From contig OZ257137.1 of NCBI GenBank assembly GCA_965279115.1, forward strand, positions 433,847 through 497,846: a stretch of DNA of 64,000 nt, written 5' to 3'. The stretch's first letter is position 1. Every line of letters starts with the position of its first letter. Shown here piece by piece: positions 1 to 9,202 of the stretch. The position numbers and the translations under genes are program-made. Origin of the DNA: Burkholderiales bacterium (GTDB lineage: Bacteria; Pseudomonadota; Gammaproteobacteria; Burkholderiales; JAEUOS01). The notes under the pieces were generated by a model. That model saw nothing but the letters and a program-made list of their open reading frames with translations. It did no database searches and had not been told where the DNA came from.

Positions 1-164
1 TGCTCATGGCGTACAAGAACGTGCTTTACACGATCCTGATTGAACAGCGCGTCATACAAATAGAGCACCGCGCCGCCGGGATAGCCGAACACGTGTTCGA
101 CGTTTTCCTCCTGCAGGCAGCGCACGACGATTTCCGCGCCGCTGAGTTCTTCATTGGAAGACAT
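1..164 (-). CDS. ilvI: acetolactate synthase large (catalytic) subunit, N-terminal fragment running off the window edge
   Basis: Reverse-strand ATG at 164-162 reads [55 protein letters not shown], a typical ThDP-enzyme AHAS N-terminus. It is absent from the ORF track because the window truncates it. Confidence 0.85.
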   Translation of the reverse strand, partial: MSSNEELSGAEIVVRCLQEENVEHVFGYPGGAVLYLYDALFNQDRVKHVLVRHE

Positions 165-568
165 GATGTATTTGCCTCAAAAAGAGCCGAAAATGACAAC
201 CGGACCCGCCGAAAGCCCAATCGGGCTGCGGGTGTTTGCTGCAACTGCGCTCTGATGAAGCTGTCAGGGACGGAAGCAAAGGCTTATCTGCCAAAACTTC
301 CGGTTGCGGAGCCGTCGCGACACATTCCCGGGTAAGGTGTCGAAACGGGCGTCGTGCGGCCTTTTGAGCCTCAAACTCATTCCATTGTATCGCGATTGAG
401 GCCATCGGTCAAAATCGTTTGGCACGATACCGGTGTGCCGAACGCCCGGAACCGTGACTCTCGACAGGGAAATGTGGGCAAATTGGTGCATAATCCCCGG
501 CGAAAGCATAAAAATCGCGAGCAAGCGACCTGGCCACCCCTTCCGAACTGTCGAACTTCCTCGCCGAA

Positions 569-1102
569 GTGGAGCGCCGCGCCTTCAAGCAGGCGGTATA
601 CGCGGTCCGTGAGACCGAAGCGGCTCTGGATATCGTGCAGGACTCCATGATGCGGCTTGCCGAAAAATACGGCGACCGGCCGCCCGAGGAACTTCCGCTC
701 CTGTTCCAGCGGATCTTGCAGAATTCGATACGGGATCATTTCAGGCGTACCAAGGTGCGGTCCTTCTGGACGACTCTGTTCTCGTCCCTGGGGCCCTCGG
801 ACCCCGAAGCCGCCGAAGATTTCGATCCCCTGGAAACTTTGGAGGCCCAGCCGGGGTCCAAGTCTGCAGAAAGCGCCGAGGATGAGGTCAACCGCGACCG
901 CACCATGGCCTTGATTGAAAAGGAAATCCAGAAGCTGCCTGCACGTCAACGGGAAGCATTCCTGCTGCGTTATTGGGAGGATATGGATGTAGCCGAGACC
1001 GCAGAAGTCATGGGGTGCTCGGAAGGCAGCGTAAAAACTCACTGCTCGCGTGCAACTCACGCGCTCGCGCTGGCCCTGAAGGGCAAGGGAATAACCCTCT
1101 AG
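569..1102 (+). CDS. ECF-type RNA polymerase sigma-70 family factor
   Basis: Region 2 (DIVQDSMMRLAEKY, FQRILQNSIRDHFRR) and region 4 HTH (REAFLLRYWEDMDVAETAEVMGCSEGSVKTHCSRA). The GTG at 569 is the first ATG/GTG/TTG start. The frame is open from 512, and homolog-like residues (LATPSELSNFLAEV) precede it with only CTG codons at 530 and 548. Confidence 0.85.
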   Translation: MERRAFKQAVYAVRETEAALDIVQDSMMRLAEKYGDRPPEELPLLFQRILQNSIRDHFRRTKVRSFWTTLFSSLGPSDPEAAEDFDPLETLEAQPGSKSAESAEDEVNRDRTMALIEKEIQKLPARQREAFLLRYWEDMDVAETAEVMGCSEGSVKTHCSRATHALALALKGKGITL

Positions 1103-1105
1103 GGC

Positions 1106-1531
1106 ATGGAAATTGCACCAAAAGCAGCAATATTGGCAAATCACATCATGGGAAACAGTAAAGAACTCCAAGTCGCCTACCAGATCAAGCGCCGTCTGAA
1201 CGAGGGTGCGCTTGATCTGCCGGCCGGTGCCGCCGAGCGCCTGCGTGCCGCGCGCGAGCAGGCGCTTTCCATGCAGCGCCGTCCGGTCGCGCAGGCAGTT
1301 GCCGCGGGCGCCCATTTCACTTTCTCGTTCGGCTGGATCGGCAAGCTTGCTCCGCTGGCAGTTCTGGTTCTCGGGCTGGGCGCAATCCATATGTGGCATC
1401 AGTCCGAGCAGGTGGCCGACATCGCCGACATCGATATCCAGATGCTGGCCGACGAATTGCCTCCGAACGCCTATCTTGACAAGGGTTTTGGCGCATGGCT
1501 TAGCCAGGGCGAGAACGGGCGGCCGAATTGA
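1106..1531 (+). CDS. DUF3619-like membrane protein (putative anti-sigma partner of the ECF sigma)
   Basis: Starts 3 nt after the sigma gene stop. Has one central TM segment (LAPLAVLVLGLGAI). The sigma/DUF3619/DUF3106/RDD order is a conserved betaproteobacterial block. Alternative start at ATG 1148 (MGNSKELQ). Confidence 0.7.
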   Translation: MEIAPKAAILANHIMGNSKELQVAYQIKRRLNEGALDLPAGAAERLRAAREQALSMQRRPVAQAVAAGAHFTFSFGWIGKLAPLAVLVLGLGAIHMWHQSEQVADIADIDIQMLADELPPNAYLDKGFGAWLSQGENGRPN

Positions 1532-2235
1532 GACCCGGCTTGACGACCCTGGCAGGCAAGGTTTTTCGGGCGCCGCTTAATGCGGCGTTTCGTTTTTTCG
1601 CGATTGCCGCGGCCTCCCTGGCATTTCTGACCAGCGGTGCCGCATTGGCGCTGACCGCCCCGAAGTGGGCGGACCTCACCGCCCAGCAGCGCGAGATCCT
1701 CAAACCCCTGGCCAGCGACTGGGACAAACTCGACGAAGCCCGCCGCAACAAATGGGTGGTCGTTGCCAAGCGCTACCCGACCATGCAGCCTGAAGAACAA
1801 AAGCGCTTGCAGGGACGCATGGCCGATTGGGCGCGACTTACCCCGGAACAACGCCGCGTCGCGCGCGAGAATTTCCAGCGCACCAAGGCCTTGCCACCGG
1901 AGCAGAAAAAGGCCGAATGGCAGCAATACCAGACCCTGCCGGAAACCCAGAAGCAGCGTTTGGCGGCAACGGTCGATGAACGCAAGCCGGCGCGTCAGAA
2001 GGCGCGTCAGCGCGAACAGGAAGGCAGGGTGGTGGCACCGGTGCCGCCGGTGCGGAACTCCGCCTCGACGAAGCCGGCCGCATCCAGGGCCAAGCCGCCG
2101 GCAACGCAACAATCCGGGGCGACGCCGGCCCCCGCCGCCCCGCCGCAAGCGCCCTCCGCGATTGCACCTCAGACAGGGTCGGGGGTTGAAGCCGTACCAG
2201 CCACACTCTCGCCACCCGGCAGCCGCGCCGACTGA
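1528..2235 (+). CDS. DUF3106 domain-containing exported protein with Pro/Ala-rich tail
   Basis: TTG start overlaps the upstream stop (TTGA). Signal-peptide-like FRFFAIAAASLAFLTSGAALA. Repeated W-x-x-L-x-P-E-Q-R/K helices (WADLTAQQREIL, WARLTPEQRRVA, WQQYQTLPETQKQRL). Confidence 0.7.
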   Translation: MRPGLTTLAGKVFRAPLNAAFRFFAIAAASLAFLTSGAALALTAPKWADLTAQQREILKPLASDWDKLDEARRNKWVVVAKRYPTMQPEEQKRLQGRMADWARLTPEQRRVARENFQRTKALPPEQKKAEWQQYQTLPETQKQRLAATVDERKPARQKARQREQEGRVVAPVPPVRNSASTKPAASRAKPPATQQSGATPAPAAPPQAPSAIAPQTGSGVEAVPATLSPPGSRAD

Positions 2236-2273
2236 GAAGGCCCGACCTGCTGAGCAGCCCGGCTCACAAGGCC

Positions 2274-2780
2274 ATGTCTGATACATCCCCTACGCTCAGG
2301 CGCCGCTTGTTGGCGCTGGTCTATGAGTCCATTCTGCTTTTCGGCGTGGTGTTCATTGCAGCCTATCTCTTTTCCGCGTTGACCCGTTTCAGGGGTGATC
2401 CGGGGTCCCTGCTGTACTTTGGCTTCCAGTTCACGGTTTTCGGTGCGATAGGACTGTATTTCGTGTACTGCTGGCGCAAGTCCGGCCAGACCCTGCCGAT
2501 GAAAACCTGGAAGTTCCGCCTCGTCGACAGGAACGGAGAACGTCCGTCGCCCCTGCGCTGCTGGGCCCGTTACAGCCTCGCGTGGATAGGGCCGCTTGTC
2601 GGCCTCATCGCTTACAAGGCCATCGTGATCCTGGCAGGCTACGGCATGGCGAGGTTTTCCGCCGCAACCGCTTTCGCAGTGCTGCCACTGGTCTTCCTCA
2701 ACTTCGGCTGGGCCTTTGCCGACCGGGAAAGGCAGTTCCTCCATGACCGCCTCGCCGGTACCCGCCTTGTGAAAGCCTGA
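2274..2780 (+). CDS. RDD family membrane protein
   Basis: N-terminal R-x-x-A-x-x-Y-[ED] motif, three hydrophobic segments, GQTLPMKTWKFRLV and the terminal HDRLAGTRLV motif typical of RDD domains. Confidence 0.8.
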   Translation: MSDTSPTLRRRLLALVYESILLFGVVFIAAYLFSALTRFRGDPGSLLYFGFQFTVFGAIGLYFVYCWRKSGQTLPMKTWKFRLVDRNGERPSPLRCWARYSLAWIGPLVGLIAYKAIVILAGYGMARFSAATAFAVLPLVFLNFGWAFADRERQFLHDRLAGTRLVKA

Positions 2781-2839
2781 CCCGATCCCCGCATCGGGTA
2801 TCCTCGCGCAATCGCGATACCGAAACCTGAGCCATCATC

Positions 2840-3427
2840 ATGAGCATCTCGCGCCTGCGCAGCTTCGTTCAATCCATGACCCGCGTGGTCGAAACCGGCC
2901 AAGCCGAAAACGCCGTCCTTGATGCGGCCCGCCCGTTGTTGGCCGACCTGATCACCCATGATGACTGGCTGCCGGATGCGTTCGCCAAGCCAAACCCGGA
3001 CAAGTATCAGCAGTATCTGCTCTACTGCGACCCGTTCGAGCGATTCTCGCTGGTGAGTTTCGTCTGGGGCCCCGGCCAGAAGACGCCTGTTCATGACCAC
3101 ATGACCTGGGGCATGGTGGGCGTGATGCGCGGCTCGGAAATGTGCCGCGAGTACGCGATGAAATCGGGCAAGCTGGAACAGACCGGCGAACACCTTGTCT
3201 CCCCCGGAGGAATCGATCTGGTCAGCCCGACCCTGGGAGACATCCACGTGGTCTCCAATGCCGCTGCCGATCGCGCTTCCATAAGCATCCATTGCTATGG
3301 CGCAAACATCGGGGCGGTGCGGCGCCATGTCTTCGTCGCCGACACCGGGGCCGCGAGCGAATTCATCTCCGGTTACTCGAGCAACGTCACGCCCAATCTC
3401 TGGGACCGCTCCACCGAAAAAGCCTGA
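2840..3427 (+). CDS. cysteine dioxygenase type I family cupin (3-mercaptopropionate/cysteine dioxygenase-like)
   Basis: Cupin metal motif PVHDHMTWGMVGVMRG plus a downstream IHxxxN/H (GDIHVVSN, SISIHCYG). Length of 195 aa fits bacterial CDO homologs. Confidence 0.7.
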   Translation: MSISRLRSFVQSMTRVVETGQAENAVLDAARPLLADLITHDDWLPDAFAKPNPDKYQQYLLYCDPFERFSLVSFVWGPGQKTPVHDHMTWGMVGVMRGSEMCREYAMKSGKLEQTGEHLVSPGGIDLVSPTLGDIHVVSNAAADRASISIHCYGANIGAVRRHVFVADTGAASEFISGYSSNVTPNLWDRSTEKA

Positions 3428-3489
3428 CCCGGACGCGAAAACCGCTCGCCGCCCTGCCGTTCCCCCAACCCATTTTTCCCCGAACAAGC

Positions 3490-3915
3490 ATGCTCTGGAT
3501 CAAGGCCCTGCACATCATCTTTGTCGTGACATGGTTTGCCGGTTTGTTCTACCTGCCAAGGCTTTTCATCTACCACGTGGCCGCGACAGACGACATCAGC
3601 ATCGAGCGGTTCAAGGTCATGGAACGCCGGTTGTACAACGGCATCATGACGCCTTCGGCCGTCTTCGCCCTGATACCCGGCCTGACCCTGTACCTCCAGT
3701 ACGGCATCGGCGCAGGCAACGCGTGGATGCATGCCAAGCTCTTCCTGGTCGCGATCCTGGTGGCGCATCACATCTATCTTGGCCTGCTGCTGCGCGAGTT
3801 CGCCCATGACCGCAATCGGCATTCCGAAACCTTCTATCGCTGGCTCAATGAAATCCCGGCCGCCCCGGTGCTTTTCATCGTGGTCTTCCTGGTAGTTCTC
3901 AAACCCACCTTCTAG
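3490..3915 (+). CDS. hemJ: protoporphyrinogen IX oxidase HemJ (UPF0093/CopD-like)
   Basis: MLWIKALHIIFVVTWFAGLFYLPRLFIYH is the hallmark HemJ N-terminus. 141 aa with 4 TM segments. Internal ATG of track ORF 3142..3915. Confidence 0.85.
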   Translation: MLWIKALHIIFVVTWFAGLFYLPRLFIYHVAATDDISIERFKVMERRLYNGIMTPSAVFALIPGLTLYLQYGIGAGNAWMHAKLFLVAILVAHHIYLGLLLREFAHDRNRHSETFYRWLNEIPAAPVLFIVVFLVVLKPTF

Positions 3916-3922
3916 AGCCCTC

Positions 3923-4522
3923 ATGTCCAAAATTGTCGATTACTACTTCACCCCGGTCTCGCCCTGGGCCTATCTGGGCCACGCACGCTTTACCGCAATG
4001 GCAGCCAAGACGGGCGCAACGGTGCGTCCGCGCCCCGTCGACTACGGCAAGATCTTTCCCGTTTCCGGCGGCCTGCCGCTGAAGCAACGGCCTGCACAGC
4101 GCCAGGCCTACCGATTGATGGAGCTGCGCCGCTGGCGCGACTGGCTTGGCCTGCCCCTGACGATCGAACCGAAGTTTTTTCCGGTCGACGCGGGCACCGC
4201 CAGCCTCATGTTGACCGCCTGTCTCGCACAGGGCAGCGACGCCACCATGCGCCTTGCCGGCACCATGCTGCGCGCGGTCTGGGCGGAGGAAAAGAACTTG
4301 GCCGACCACGAGACGCTCGTCGCTCTCGCCCAGTCTGCCGGTTTGGACGGGCGGGCTCTGCTCGATGCCGCCCGCGATACGGCAACCACCGAGACCTACG
4401 CTCGCCACACGGCCGAGGCCATTGACCTGCAGGTGTTCGGCGCACCAACCTACGTGATCGAAGGCGAACTGTTCTGGGGCCAGGACCGCCTCGACTTCGT
4501 TGAACGCGCGCTGTCGGCCTGA
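3923..4522 (+). CDS. 2-hydroxychromene-2-carboxylate isomerase family protein (DsbA-like fold)
   Basis: N-terminus IVDYYFTPVSPWAYLG and C-terminal FGAPTYVIEGELFWGQDRLDF are characteristic of the HCCA isomerase/DsbA-like family. Confidence 0.8.
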   Translation: MSKIVDYYFTPVSPWAYLGHARFTAMAAKTGATVRPRPVDYGKIFPVSGGLPLKQRPAQRQAYRLMELRRWRDWLGLPLTIEPKFFPVDAGTASLMLTACLAQGSDATMRLAGTMLRAVWAEEKNLADHETLVALAQSAGLDGRALLDAARDTATTETYARHTAEAIDLQVFGAPTYVIEGELFWGQDRLDFVERALSA

Positions 4523-4526
4523 CGCC

Positions 4527-5672
4527 GTGGCGGAAAACTTCTTCGCGCCATGTCCGCGCGGGCTGGAGCCCTACCTTGTCGCCGAACTGGCCGAACTGGG
4601 AATCGACGGGGCGCGCGAATCGGGCGGCGGCGTCGCCTTTTCAGGGCCGTTTGAAACCGCCTATCGGGTCAACCTCGGGTCGCGCCTTGCCAGCCGGGTG
4701 CTGTGGCAGGTAGCTACGGGGCCATACGCTGCGGAGAAAGACCTGCACGCGCTGGCGCACAGCACGCCGTGGGAAAGCTATTTCGCGCCGACGCAGACCT
4801 TGCGTGTCGATGTCGTCGCCACCCGCAGCCCGCTGAAAAGCCTGAAATTCGCCACGCTGACGGTCAAGGACGGCGTCTGCGACCGCCTGCGCGAACTCAC
4901 CGGCCTGCGCCCGAATATCGCCAAGCTCGGCCCCGACGTGCGGGTGTATGCCTATCTGGACGAGCGCAACGCCACGCTGTATCTCGATACTTCCGGCGAG
5001 GCCTTGTTCAAGCGCGGTTACCGCGTGGTCGACGTGGTCGCGCCGATTCGCGAAAACCTCGCTGCCGGCATCCTGCGCATGATCGGCTGGAACCCCGACA
5101 TCCCCCTGTATGACCCGATGTGCGGCAGCGGCACCTTCCTGATCGAGGCCGCACAGATCGCGCTGGGCATCCCGCCGGGATTGAAGCGACGCTTCGGCTT
5201 CTACAACCTCAAGCAGTTCGACGCGCCGGCCTGGCAACGCCTGCGCGACACCTGGCCGCGCCGCGTCGACGCGCACCCCAGGATATTCGGCAGCGACATC
5301 ACCCAGGAGGCATTGCGAGCCGCGCTGGCGAACTTCACAGCGGCTGGCGTCGATGAAGTGATCCGCGTGCGCCCGGGCGACATCCTGGCGCTTGCCGCGC
5401 CGGCAAAGGAAGGCATCATGATCGCCAACCCGCCTTATGGCGAGCGCCTCGGTGAAGATGCCGAGCTTGCGGCGTTCTACCCCCGCCTGGGCGATGCGCT
5501 GAAGAAGAACTATTCGGGCTGGAACTGTTTTTTCATCACCGCCGACCGGCGCATGGAAAAGCTGATCCGCCTGAAGGCAAGCCGGCGCACGCCACTGATG
5601 AACGGCGACCTCGACTGCCGCCTGTTCGAATTCCAGGTGATTGCCGGATCGAATCGCCCCGCCGCAGGCTAG
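4527..5672 (+). CDS. THUMP domain-containing class I SAM-dependent RNA methyltransferase (RlmL/COG0116-like)
   Basis: The THUMP region is followed by SAM-binding DPMCGSGTFLIEA and a catalytic NPPYGERL motif. GTG 4527 is chosen because it removes the overlap with the upstream gene. The track ORF begins at 4500. Confidence 0.8.
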   Translation: MAENFFAPCPRGLEPYLVAELAELGIDGARESGGGVAFSGPFETAYRVNLGSRLASRVLWQVATGPYAAEKDLHALAHSTPWESYFAPTQTLRVDVVATRSPLKSLKFATLTVKDGVCDRLRELTGLRPNIAKLGPDVRVYAYLDERNATLYLDTSGEALFKRGYRVVDVVAPIRENLAAGILRMIGWNPDIPLYDPMCGSGTFLIEAAQIALGIPPGLKRRFGFYNLKQFDAPAWQRLRDTWPRRVDAHPRIFGSDITQEALRAALANFTAAGVDEVIRVRPGDILALAAPAKEGIMIANPPYGERLGEDAELAAFYPRLGDALKKNYSGWNCFFITADRRMEKLIRLKASRRTPLMNGDLDCRLFEFQVIAGSNRPAAG

Positions 5673-5703
5673 CGCGACAGGTCGCGGACGTCAGGGGACC
5701 GGG

Positions 5704-6192
5704 TCAGGCTACCTTGAGGGCTGCCACGATATCTTTTTCAAGGTCCTTCGGTTCGGTCTGCGGCGCATAGCGCTTGATGACATTGCCATCGCGGCCGACC
5801 AGGAACTTGGTGAAGTTCCACTTGATCGACTCCGACCCCAACAAGCCAGGCGCGGCCTTGACCAGCCATTTGTAGAGCGGATGGGCGAGGGCGCCATTGA
5901 CATCGATCTTGTCCATCATGCGAAAGGACACACCGTAGTTCTTCTGGCAGAAGGCGCCGATTTCATCCGCACCACCGGGCTCCTGCCCGCCAAACTGGTT
6001 GCACGGAAACCCGATCACCTCAAGCCCTGCAGCCTGGTGCGCCTGGTGCAAGGCCTCGAGCCCCTGGTATTGCGGGGTCAATCCGCACTGGCTGGCGGTG
6101 TTGACCACCAGCACCACCTTGCCCTTGAGCGCGGAAAGCTTGAAAGGCTTCCCGGCCAGCGTAGTGGCGGAAAACTCGTGGAGATTACTCAC
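5704..6192 (-). CDS. glutathione peroxidase
   Basis: VVNTASQCGLTPQY (catalytic Cys), FPCNQFGGQEPG and WNFTKFLV are the three GPx signature blocks. Confidence 0.92.
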   Translation of the reverse strand: MSNLHEFSATTLAGKPFKLSALKGKVVLVVNTASQCGLTPQYQGLEALHQAHQAAGLEVIGFPCNQFGGQEPGGADEIGAFCQKNYGVSFRMMDKIDVNGALAHPLYKWLVKAAPGLLGSESIKWNFTKFLVGRDGNVIKRYAPQTEPKDLEKDIVAALKVA

Positions 6193-6202
6193 CGGGCCTT
6201 CC

Positions 6203-7339
6203 TCAAACGATGGTCAGGCCGCCGATGTTCTCGCCCAGGTCCTTGGACTTCGAATCCTTGCTGTGGAGCTTGATCATCAGGCGCAGGTCGTTGACCGAGT
6301 CGGCGTTGCGCAAGGCATCTTCATAGCTGATGCGGCCTTCCTCATAGAGATCGAACAGGGCCTGGTCAAAGGTCTGCATGCCGAGTTCGCGGGACTTCTT
6401 CATGATCTCCTTGATCTCGTGCACCTCGCCCTTGAAGATGAGGTCGGAAATCAACGGCGAATTGAGCATGACTTCCACCGCCGCGGCGCGTCCCTTGCTG
6501 TCCTTCAGGGGAATCAGCCGTTGCGAAATCAGGGCACGCATGTTGAGCGACAGGTCCATCAGCAACTGCGAGCGCCGCTCTTCGGGAAAGAAGTTGATGA
6601 TCCGGTCAAGCGCCTGGTTGGCGCTGTTCGCATGCAGCGTCGCCATGCACAGGTGGCCGGTTTCGGAGAAGGCGATGGCGTGCTCCATGGTCTCGCGCTC
6701 GCGGATCTCGCCGATGAGGATGACGTCGGGCGCCTGGCGCAAGGTGTTCTTGAGCGCCGCTTCCCACGAATCGGTGTCGACCCCCACCTCGCGTTGCGTC
6801 ACCACGCAATTCTTGTGGGGGTGGACGTATTCGATCGGGTCCTCGATGGTGATGATGTGACCGTAGGAATTCTCGTTGCGGTAGCCGATCATGGCAGCCA
6901 GCGTGGTCGACTTGCCCGACCCGGTTCCTCCCACCATGATGACCAGGCCACGCTTGGTCATCGCCACGTCCTTCAACACCGGCGGCACCTTGAGATCCTC
7001 GAATTTCGGGATGTTGGAGGTGATCACCCGCAGCACCATGCCCATGTTGCCCTGCTGCACGAACGCATTGACACGGAAGCGGCCGATGCCGGCCGGCGAG
7101 ATGGCGAAATTGCACTCCTTCTTCGCCTCGAACTCGGCAGCCTGCTTGTCGTTCATGATCGCGCGACACAGGTCTTGCGTGTGAATCGGCGTCAGCGGCT
7201 GGTTCGACACCGGCGTCATCTTGCTGTCGATCCTGAACGCCGGCGGGAAGCCCGAAGTGATGAAAAGATCCGAACCCTTCTTGCTGAGCAGAAGCCTCAG
7301 CAGGTCGTACATGAACTTGGTTGCCTGGTCGCGTTCCAT
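6203..7339 (-). CDS. pilU: type IV pilus twitching-motility ATPase PilU
   Basis: PilT-family hexameric ATPase with Walker A GGTGSGKSTT and 378 aa. It lies immediately downstream of pilT, as is usual. Confidence 0.9.
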   Translation of the reverse strand: MERDQATKFMYDLLRLLLSKKGSDLFITSGFPPAFRIDSKMTPVSNQPLTPIHTQDLCRAIMNDKQAAEFEAKKECNFAISPAGIGRFRVNAFVQQGNMGMVLRVITSNIPKFEDLKVPPVLKDVAMTKRGLVIMVGGTGSGKSTTLAAMIGYRNENSYGHIITIEDPIEYVHPHKNCVVTQREVGVDTDSWEAALKNTLRQAPDVILIGEIRERETMEHAIAFSETGHLCMATLHANSANQALDRIINFFPEERRSQLLMDLSLNMRALISQRLIPLKDSKGRAAAVEVMLNSPLISDLIFKGEVHEIKEIMKKSRELGMQTFDQALFDLYEEGRISYEDALRNADSVNDLRLMIKLHSKDSKSKDLGENIGGLTIV

Positions 7340-7368
7340 GATGGCGCTCTCGTTGTTGGGCTAGTCGA

Positions 7369-8412
7369 TCAGCCGGCGAAATTGTCCTTGTTCGCCGCCT
7401 TGTTGCGTGCCTCTGCGGAAGACACCACGTTGCGCTTGACGAGGTCGGTGAGGTTCTGGTCGAGCGTCTGCATGCCGAACTGCTGGCCGGTCTGGATCGC
7501 CGAATACATCTGCGCGATCTTGTTCTCGCGGATCAGGTTGCGGATGGCCGGGGTGCCGATCATGATCTCGTGCGCCGCGACCCGGCCGTTGCCGTCCTTG
7601 GTCTTGAGCAGCGTCTGCGATATCACCGCGCGGATCGATTCCGAGAGCATCGAGCGGACCATTTCCTTTTCCGCGGCGGGAAACACGTCGACGATCCGGT
7701 CGATGGTCTTGGCGGCAGAACTGGTGTGGAGCGTACCGAACACCAGGTGGCCGGTTTCAGCCGCCGAAAGCGCCAGGCGGATGGTCTCCAGGTCGCGCAT
7801 TTCGCCCACCAGGATCACGTCCGGGTCTTCACGCAGGGCTGAGCGCAGTGCGTTGTTGAACGACAACGTGTGCGGCCCGACCTCGCGCTGGTTGATCAGG
7901 CATTTCTTGGATTCGTGCACGAATTCGATCGGATCTTCCACCGTGAGGATGTGGCCGTATTCGTTTTCGTTGATGTGGTTGACCATCGCCGCCAGCGTGG
8001 TCGACTTGCCCGAACCGGTCGGGCCGGTGACCAGCACGATGCCGCGCGGCTGGTTGGCGATGTCGCCGAAGCTCTTGGGCGCGTTGAGTTCCTCAAGCGA
8101 CAGGATCTTCGAGGGAATCGTCCGCATGACCGCGCCCGCGCCGCGGTTCTGCACAAAGGCGTTGACGCGAAAGCGCGCCAGGTTGGGAATGGCGAATGAA
8201 AAATCGCATTCCAGGTTCTCTTCGTAGGCCTTGCGCTGGCCGTCGTTCATGATGTCGTAGATCATCCCGTGCACTTCGGAGTGATCCATCGCCGGCAGGT
8301 TGATGCGGCGAACGTCGCCGTGGACGCGAATCATGGGCGGCAGGCCCGCCGACAGATGCAGGTCGGACGCCTTGTTTTTGACCACGAATGCGAGGAGCTC
8401 TGATATGTCCAT
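7369..8412 (-). CDS. pilT: type IV pilus retraction ATPase PilT
   Basis: MDISELL..ASDLHLSAGLPPMIRVHGD, Walker A GPTGSGKSTT and the PilT-specific AHEIMIGTPAIRNLIRE motif. 347 aa. Confidence 0.95.
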   Translation of the reverse strand: MDISELLAFVVKNKASDLHLSAGLPPMIRVHGDVRRINLPAMDHSEVHGMIYDIMNDGQRKAYEENLECDFSFAIPNLARFRVNAFVQNRGAGAVMRTIPSKILSLEELNAPKSFGDIANQPRGIVLVTGPTGSGKSTTLAAMVNHINENEYGHILTVEDPIEFVHESKKCLINQREVGPHTLSFNNALRSALREDPDVILVGEMRDLETIRLALSAAETGHLVFGTLHTSSAAKTIDRIVDVFPAAEKEMVRSMLSESIRAVISQTLLKTKDGNGRVAAHEIMIGTPAIRNLIRENKIAQMYSAIQTGQQFGMQTLDQNLTDLVKRNVVSSAEARNKAANKDNFAG

Positions 8413-8500
8413 CTATAATTCTCCGTCTTGGAACATGTGGCGCTCTGGCGGACCCCTCCGCGATTGGAGCAACCGCTTGCATGACCATCAAAAGATTAAC

Positions 8501-9202
8501 ATGCCTTTGACCTCCGCAATAGCAGAGAAGACGCGGGAAGTCCGCGCACTCATGACATCTGCATGCACAAAAGCGGGTCGTGCGCCCGATTCGGTGCGTC
8601 TTCTGGCGGTCAGCAAGACCTTTGGGGCCGACGCGGTTGCGGCCGCCCATGCCGCCGGCCTCACCGCCTTTGGCGAAAACTACGTTCAGGAAGGCGTCGA
8701 AAAGGCCGTTGAACTGGCCGGCCTTGGCCTGGAATGGCACTTCATCGGTCCGCTCCAAAGTAACAAAACGCGCCCCGTGGCGGAGCATTTCGCGTGGGTG
8801 CACAGCATCGACCGGCTCAAAATCGCCGAACGCCTTTCCGCCCAGCGGTCCGCCCACCTGCCCGACCTGCAGGTCTGCCTGCAGGTCAACATCAGCGGCG
8901 AAATCAGCAAAAGTGGCGTTGAATCGGCCGCCATCGCAGAACTGGCCATCGCGGTGGCCGCCCTGCCGCGCCTGAAACTGCGCGGCCTGATGACCATCCC
9001 GCAGCCGGCCGCAACCCTCGAAGCCCAGCGCGCGCCCTTCCGTGAACTGCGCCTGCTTCTCGAGCAACTCAACGCCCGCGGCCTCGGCTGCGACACCCTC
9101 TCGATGGGCATGTCGGCCGACCTCGAAGCCGCCATTCTCGAAGGCGCCACCATCGTGCGGGTCGGCACCGCCATCTTCGGAACCAGGACTAAACCCCAAT
9201 GA
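8501..9202 (+). CDS. yggS: YggS family pyridoxal-phosphate homeostasis protein
   Basis: LLAVSKTF (PLP lysine), FGENYVQE, WHFIGPLQSNK and SMGMSADLEAAI motifs. Internal ATG 8501 of track ORF 8300..9202. Sits upstream of proC as in many genomes. Confidence 0.9.
   Translation: MPLTSAIAEKTREVRALMTSACTKAGRAPDSVRLLAVSKTFGADAVAAAHAAGLTAFGENYVQEGVEKAVELAGLGLEWHFIGPLQSNKTRPVAEHFAWVHSIDRLKIAERLSAQRSAHLPDLQVCLQVNISGEISKSGVESAAIAELAIAVAALPRLKLRGLMTIPQPAATLEAQRAPFRELRLLLEQLNARGLGCDTLSMGMSADLEAAILEGATIVRVGTAIFGTRTKPQ

Noticed and set aside
448-476. ECF-type promoter candidate GGAACC-N16-GAAAT upstream of the sigma gene
   Set aside because: Only the -35-like GGAAC is convincing. The -10 region does not match a known ECF consensus well enough to call.
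5999-8227. 742-aa ORF on the + strand spanning gpx, pilU and pilT
   Set aside because: It is antisense to three strongly recognisable genes. Its translation is low-complexity and Arg/Ala/Val-rich with no motifs. This is a typical stop-free antisense frame in high-GC DNA.
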